A stretch of DNA of 63,856 nucleotides, filler included, from Salisapilia sapeloensis CBS 127946 (lineage: Eukaryota > Protista > Oomycota): the NCBI GenBank assembly GCA_023334545.1. It is 17 parts of 17 records of this genome, joined end to end, with 100 filler letters (N's around TTAATTAATTAA, not from the genome) between each part and the next. Parts side by side here need not be neighbours in the genome. Positions count along the whole stretch, not along the records: positions 58,598 to 60,022 come from JAADVB010001157.1; positions 60,123 to 62,043 come from JAADVB010001007.1; positions 62,144 to 63,856 come from JAADVB010001064.1; 14 more parts are not named here. One strand, written 5' to 3'. A program made the position numbers and the translations under genes. Within the stretch, counting starts at the first letter, position 1, and each line of letters starts with the position of its first letter. Shown one piece after another: positions 58,598 to 63,856 of this stretch. The notes beneath the pieces are model-generated. The model made no database searches and had not been told where the DNA came from. It saw only the letters and a program-made list of their open reading frames with translations.

Positions 58598-59344
58598 AAA
58601 GCTAGCCTCCAGTACGTATATGACCATTATCGAAATGACTACGACTGGTTCTACAAGGCAGATGATGATGCATATGTCATCGTCGACAACGTTCGTGCGT
58701 ACGTTCGTCGCCCAGAGATGGTCATGCGACACAAGACGGAGCCGATCCAAGTCGGGCATCGGTTCAACTTGACGCAGGATCTAACAGAGTTCTACATTGT
58801 GGATCCGAATCTAGAGAAAGAGTTCCTGTCGCGATGGGATCGATGGGTATTCAACTCGGGCGGACCTGGATATGCCATGAACAAGCTCTACTTGACCCGC
58901 TTTGTTGAGCGCATGAACGACAAGACCTGTCTGTCCGACAAGATGAGCCGCATGCTTCCGGACGATGCCTCCATCTCGTTCTGTATGATGTGGGAAAGTG
59001 TCTACCCGTGGGACACGAGAGACTACAAAGGGAGGGAGCGCTGGCACTGGGATAAACCGCATAACATGTACATGCTCAGTGGCGACAGAATGAAGCCGTG
59101 GGCGAACGTGTATCATCAAAACCTCGGCGGGATTCGCAACAAGGAAGACTGCTGTGCGCCGGACTCTGTCGCCTTCCACTACATCCGACCGCACCTCATG
59201 TACCACATCGAGCGAGAACTCTACTTTTGTCGTGCAAGTGAAGACATTCAGACGCTCGAGCAGTACAACAGTCGCTACGGCTTGTCACTCGGGAAGAATG
59301 TGACAGTGTACCAGCAGAATCCACAGAGGAAAAAGAAAAATTAA
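58598..59344 (+). CDS. GT31 core-1 beta-1,3-galactosyltransferase-like protein (5'-partial)
   Basis: Open from the contig edge: YDWFYKADDDAYVIVDN (DDD motif), FNSGGPGYAM, DDASISFCM, RDYKGRERWH, DCCAPDSVAFHYI. Confidence 0.88.
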   Translation, partial: KASLQYVYDHYRNDYDWFYKADDDAYVIVDNVRAYVRRPEMVMRHKTEPIQVGHRFNLTQDLTEFYIVDPNLEKEFLSRWDRWVFNSGGPGYAMNKLYLTRFVERMNDKTCLSDKMSRMLPDDASISFCMMWESVYPWDTRDYKGRERWHWDKPHNMYMLSGDRMKPWANVYHQNLGGIRNKEDCCAPDSVAFHYIRPHLMYHIERELYFCRASEDIQTLEQYNSRYGLSLGKNVTVYQQNPQRKKKN

Positions 59345-59380
59345 TTTGCTCTACTAATTCACTAGTATCTATCTACCGAT

Positions 59381-60022
59381 CTACTGTTTAATCATCCGCA
59401 GGGATGATGCCGAGCACGATTTAGGTATCGCGAAGGAGGTTGATGGAGTCCCATCGAGGCCCGTCCTTCTCTTGCCCATTAACAGAGCTGTGACACCAGC
59501 GATAAAGAGTTCTCGACTGAGGACGTCATACATGCTTTGCTCAGTGTACACAAGCGACACAATCTTATCAGCTAGGTTTGTTGGCTTCCGTGCGCTCATG
59601 GTATCCATCCAGCCCATAATTAAACACAGCAATCGTACGACTTCTATCGGCATGGCATGCTGCGTCGACAGGACAAAGGTCCGAAGCACTTGGTCTTCTG
59701 TACTAACTACATGCTTCGAGTTGCTCGTGTCTATCCCAACGACGATTGTCTATCCACAAGTACTTCTAACAAATCACAGCTTCTCTCGTCAAGTCCAGCA
59801 GCATATCAAGCTTTGTAACAGGGTACGACAGCAAGGTCTTTACATGTCAATGCTCCATCGTATCTAAACCAGTGAGAAGACTGCTTTGGAGTGTGGACAC
59901 CATGTCGGTCTGACGATAGAATTGGCTCTGAGAGAAAGCTAAACCAAGGATATGGTACGCTACATCGCGGACGTTCTTACTCCATTTACTCCACTTGGCA
60001 GCGACAGGAAGCTGCTGCAGTT
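59381..60022 (-). pseudogene. Possible disrupted exportin-5-like gene fragment
   Basis: WSKWSKNVRDVAYHILGLAFSQSQFYRQ...LDTMEH*HVK and, after a frameshift, LIMGWMDTMSARK...ELFIAGVTALL. Resembles the XPO5 C-terminal region (YH.LG..FY, MEHRHL) with a premature TGA. Confidence 0.4.
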
Positions 60023-62167
60023 NNNNNNNNNNNNNNNNNNNNNNNNNNNNNNNNNNNNNNNNNNNNTTAATTAATTAANNNNNNNNNNNNNNNNNNNNNN
60101 NNNNNNNNNNNNNNNNNNNNNNACGAAATCACGAAAGAAACAAGTTCTTGGCGAATACTCCCGTACTTGAGCTCGAAGAACCCGCATTCTTGCGCATTTT
60201 CTTTTTCTTTTCTTCTGTCTTAGTTTTTTATTCATAAAAGTATATGCTTCAAGTTCGCTGTCCACGACTATAAAAAAGATGACAAACATCAGAGTAGACT
60301 TCTTTTGCATTGGGTTAGATCACGAGTAGCAGGAGGGAATAGTGCGCTTCAAACTTTAGCGGATTAGCATAGGACGCGATCGTGAACTCGCATGTGATTT
60401 CCAATAAAGTGCTATAATCGCAGCTACCTCAGAATCAAGTACATTTATTTTCTATTCTACTCGTTGAATGCATCCTTCACATCGTAAGTAACTCGACGTC
60501 AATGTACCTCACTTCTCATTCATTCATGAATGAATGTATCCTTCTGGGATCGTGCAAATGTCGATTTGGAACAAAAGGGAGATCTTTATATCTATACATT
60601 TACCTTTGGAGCAAAAAGATTGTATATGCGAGCCATTTGCCCTATCACGGAGATATACCGTTACACTCGAGAGCGTAGTGATGAATACGTAGCATAGCAC
60701 TCTCGTCATTTAGACAAGAATGGAGTCAAGCCCGGCGCTCTAATGACAACTGCATAAACGAATGCCGCGGAAGTAGAGATGAACAACGCGACAAATTGCG
60801 ATACTAGTTGGCTCTCAAGCCTTAGCATCTTGCTGCATTCCCTTCAAGGCACATCATGACCGCCATTTGCTCAACGAGGGCACTTTAATCTACTGTAGCC
60901 TTATATGGTCAGAGTATTTCACCTCATTGCTGTAGCTCTCACCACGAGCTTGCTCCCTTTATTTTTAGATGAACCAGAGATCTCTTTCCTTATTCATATG
61001 CCATCGGACTGCTTGATGAAAATCATCACGAACCGATAGTCAGCCTGGAAACTCTATGTTCCCAAGTTTCCACTAGAGCTCAGTGACCTATGAAAGGTTT
61101 CTTTCATAAGCTCTTCTTAACCTTCGCCCGTTCTATCGCGCCAATCTCATGACTGACTGTGTGATCAAGCACTTCCTCACGCTAGCTCTATTCCAAGACA
61201 CCCTCTCTTTGTAACAAATGCTTCCCGTCTTTTTCTTTACATCAAAAAATCATCTCTCGAGTTATGATCGTCTGCTTTTTATGTACGAACAAACGGGGCT
61301 CATTGTCGTCTTCCTGCCCGTTGGACCGCATACGTTGTTCGATTCTGCACAGATTAGTCACCGCAAAAGTCTCATCGCTCGAGATCAGGGAAAACTCGTT
61401 TTGTTCCTGAGCATTGATTCAAATTTGCCTGATGTTCCTGCAAAAAGTTGCTTCGAGTTGGGCGCATTTCCTCGCACTGATCGTATCCTTAGCAACCGAC
61501 AATCTTAGCGTTTTCCGTCATTAAGCTTTATTATGCTTCATCCATTCTGCAGTCTATATGCTTTTCTTACAGTATGGAGTTATGGCTTCACTAATGAGTG
61601 CCGTCCAAGTTTCCATCGGTAGTCATTTATTTTTCAAATGCGAATTTTCGCGGATGGTTTCCACTACGCATAAGGTTGCATTTGCTCTATTTATTATCCT
61701 TCCCAGTCTTCTCTATATTCCATCACATCAAATATGTTTCCTATATACAACATCGTGTAGACGAAACTCCCGACGACAATACTTGAAGACAGAAATTAGC
61801 ACTCTATCAATGCCACCTTCTTCTAAGCAACCAACTGCGTCTTATATATGTCCCATCGAGTCTGATGTGACGGCCAGACGCTGGCGTAGATCTATGCTCA
61901 ACCTGTCGATCGAGTAACGATGAGCAAGCTGTTTTTGCCTGTTCCTGCAAAACAACTGGACGTTGGTCGAGCTTTGGATACTGGTTGTGCGCGCCAGTCC
62001 GATTGCTTTTCATTTTCCAACTTGCTTCAGCAGTGACACCTCGNNNNNNNNNNNNNNNNNNNNNNNNNNNNNNNNNNNNNNNNNNNNTTAATTAATTAAN
62101 NNNNNNNNNNNNNNNNNNNNNNNNNNNNNNNNNNNNNNNNNNNTCTTTATATCACTTGTAATCTCCG

Positions 62168-63724
62168 TCACTTGAGCTTCGGGATGGAGCTAGTGCCGTT
62201 CTTCATGAAGGTGTCGAGGAAAGAATTGCCGCCGGCCGGAGGACCCTTGGGTGTCGGCCGTCTGCCGCGACCTGCCCCTCCTCGACCTCGACCTCGACCT
62301 CGGGTCATAGGACGCAAGCCTCGCCCCACGCCAGAGCTCTTCTGCAGCATCTGCGTCACCTGCCGCAAGTCCGGAGACGCCTTCGCTTTCCGGCTCGGTG
62401 GCCGAGGAGGCGTCTTCTGCACCTCGGACAGACCGTCCTCCGCCTGGCTCTGCTCTTCTTTCTCTTGATCATTCTCAGCTCTCTCCGACCGAAGCTCCAA
62501 GCCCTCCCGAACGCTCTTTCCATCCTTCTTCTCCCTCGAAGCCACACTGGCGTCCTGCATCTTGTTCATACGAGACACTCGATCGGCCTTGGTAATCGCC
62601 TGCTGGATCGCACTCATCTTGGGCTTCCGACCGCGTTTCGCGCCCGATGAAGACGAAGAGGGTGCACCAGTCGTAGCTCCAGAAGAAGACGATGCACCTG
62701 TTGTGGCTCCAGAAGAAGTGGACGGAAGCGTCTCGGTATCCGCCTTCCGAGGGCGACCTCTCTTCTTCCCTCCGACATTCCCACCTGCCACGCCTCCGCC
62801 TCGACCCTTCTTCACCAGCTTCCGTGGCACCTCCTCCTTCCGAGCGTCTCCTCCGTCGCTCATGTACGGCATCTCCTCCTCCGCCTCCGCCTCGGCGTCC
62901 AAGTCGCGAGAAAAGTCAAAGCTCACCGCCTCCTGCGACACCCTCCGAAGACGCTTCAGACGCCGCGCCCGATCTCGCGCCTCCAGACTCTTCCGCCCTC
63001 CGCCCTCCTCCTCCGAAGACAGTGCCAGGTCCGGAACCGCCATCGGCTGCATCTCCACCGGACCCGCTCCCTCCTTCAGACCCTCCCCGTTCTCCGTCAG
63101 CTGACCCAATAGCTCCTGGAGCTTGTCCGTGTTCGACACGCGACGCTCCTGCCTCGACACCGATGCCTCCTCCGCGTCCATCTCCGAAAGCAGCTTCCGC
63201 GTCTTTTGCTTCAGCCACTCCCGCTGCTTCCGACGTTCCGACACCGACTCGCTCTCCCTCTCCATCTTGGCCAATCGACGCTCCGCCTCCTCCGCCCTCC
63301 GGCGCCACTCGCTCTCCTTGCTCTCCGCGCCGCTGCTCGCCACCTCTTGCGCCCGACGCTCCGCCGCACTCGCTCGCCGCTCTGCACTCTCCAGCTGACG
63401 GATCATGTCCTGGTACTCTTCTCGCAGCTCTCGGAACACGCGGTCTTCCTCGAACGACCCGACCAACTGATGCATCTGGAGCTCGTACCGGTCCCACTCC
63501 AGCGCACACCGCTCCCGGACAAACTCCTCTTCGTCTAGGATGAGTTGCAGTCGCTGCATCTCTGGGTCCTCCCACACCTCCCGACCGTCCTCCACCCGAT
63601 GCACCCACCCAGCCTCGATCATCTCTCTGCTCACAAAGTCGTACGCGACCTGCTTCCGGCCGATTGCTTGGCGTCGTGCGCGATGGCACTCTGTGCTTTT
63701 CGACCACTTCAACCAGCGGGACAC
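62168..63724 (-). CDS. Orphan 518-aa coiled-coil protein with AT-hook and RG-repeat motifs
   Basis: Intronless GC-rich ORF with an E/R-rich coiled coil, KKRGRPRK (AT-hook consensus), KRGRKPK and RGRGRGRGGAGRGRR. Confidence 0.65.
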   Translation of the reverse strand: MSRWLKWSKSTECHRARRQAIGRKQVAYDFVSREMIEAGWVHRVEDGREVWEDPEMQRLQLILDEEEFVRERCALEWDRYELQMHQLVGSFEEDRVFRELREEYQDMIRQLESAERRASAAERRAQEVASSGAESKESEWRRRAEEAERRLAKMERESESVSERRKQREWLKQKTRKLLSEMDAEEASVSRQERRVSNTDKLQELLGQLTENGEGLKEGAGPVEMQPMAVPDLALSSEEEGGGRKSLEARDRARRLKRLRRVSQEAVSFDFSRDLDAEAEAEEEMPYMSDGGDARKEEVPRKLVKKGRGGGVAGGNVGGKKRGRPRKADTETLPSTSSGATTGASSSSGATTGAPSSSSSGAKRGRKPKMSAIQQAITKADRVSRMNKMQDASVASREKKDGKSVREGLELRSERAENDQEKEEQSQAEDGLSEVQKTPPRPPSRKAKASPDLRQVTQMLQKSSGVGRGLRPMTRGRGRGRGGAGRGRRPTPKGPPAGGNSFLDTFMKNGTSSIPKLK

Positions 63725-63856
63725 ATCGACTCAAAATCGCACCCCAGGCGACCCAAGACTTGTGATCAAGTCGAATCCACGTTCAAATCTCCCGCCAAAG
63801 CCGCATCGAGCAGAAAATCAAGGCAGGAGCGGCCATTTCGAGTAGAGAGATGTGAA

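Noticed and set aside
60123-62043. Short ORFs and stop-riddled protein-like stretches
   Set aside because: No RT, integrase or transposase motif confidently recognised; left unannotated.
62692-63734. Long overlapping ORFs (283 aa plus strand, 272 aa minus strand) over the orphan gene
   Set aside because: GC-rich shadow frames with Pro/Ala/Gly-biased translations; only 62168-63724 has coherent features.

Overview
This window is not one locus. It is 17 short contigs joined by 16 identical artificial 100-bp linkers (44 N + TTAATTAATTAA + 44 N). The DNA is eukaryotic, uses the standard code, has short GT-AG introns (about 50-70 nt) and very compact head-to-head gene pairs. The gene set (START-FYVE protein, Tos1-like protein, GH6, membrane-anchored TKL kinases) points to an oomycete; this is inference. 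Housekeeping genes include NAF1, MTG1, ADAT3, a TBP-like gene, DCTD, LTO1, PKR1, SFT2, NUP160, a BAP31-like gene, an ENT transporter and a bestrophin. Mobile and repeat DNA includes a fossil hAT transposase, three Gypsy-type LTRs (one a solo LTR with a 5-bp target-site duplication) and a 57-bp satellite. The main finding is contig 4541-5879. It holds the 3' end of an intact-looking R2/NeSL/Utopia-type non-LTR retrotransposon encoding a restriction-like endonuclease. Its poly(A) tail runs directly, in the same orientation, into a U1 snRNA gene lacking its first ~30 nt, which places the insertion in U1 loop I. The snRNA targets I know for this class are U2 (Utopia) and spliced-leader RNA (NeSL/CRE), so this is a candidate U1-targeting lineage, seen here as a single junction. 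Other oddities are a 942-bp circular or collapsed unit carrying a stop-free ORF, a CENP-B-type HTH fused to an M20D amidohydrolase, an adenylyl-cyclase-like 6TM anchor fused to two TKL kinases, and a TBP with altered DNA-contact residues. All family assignments come from motif recognition by eye; no database search was run.
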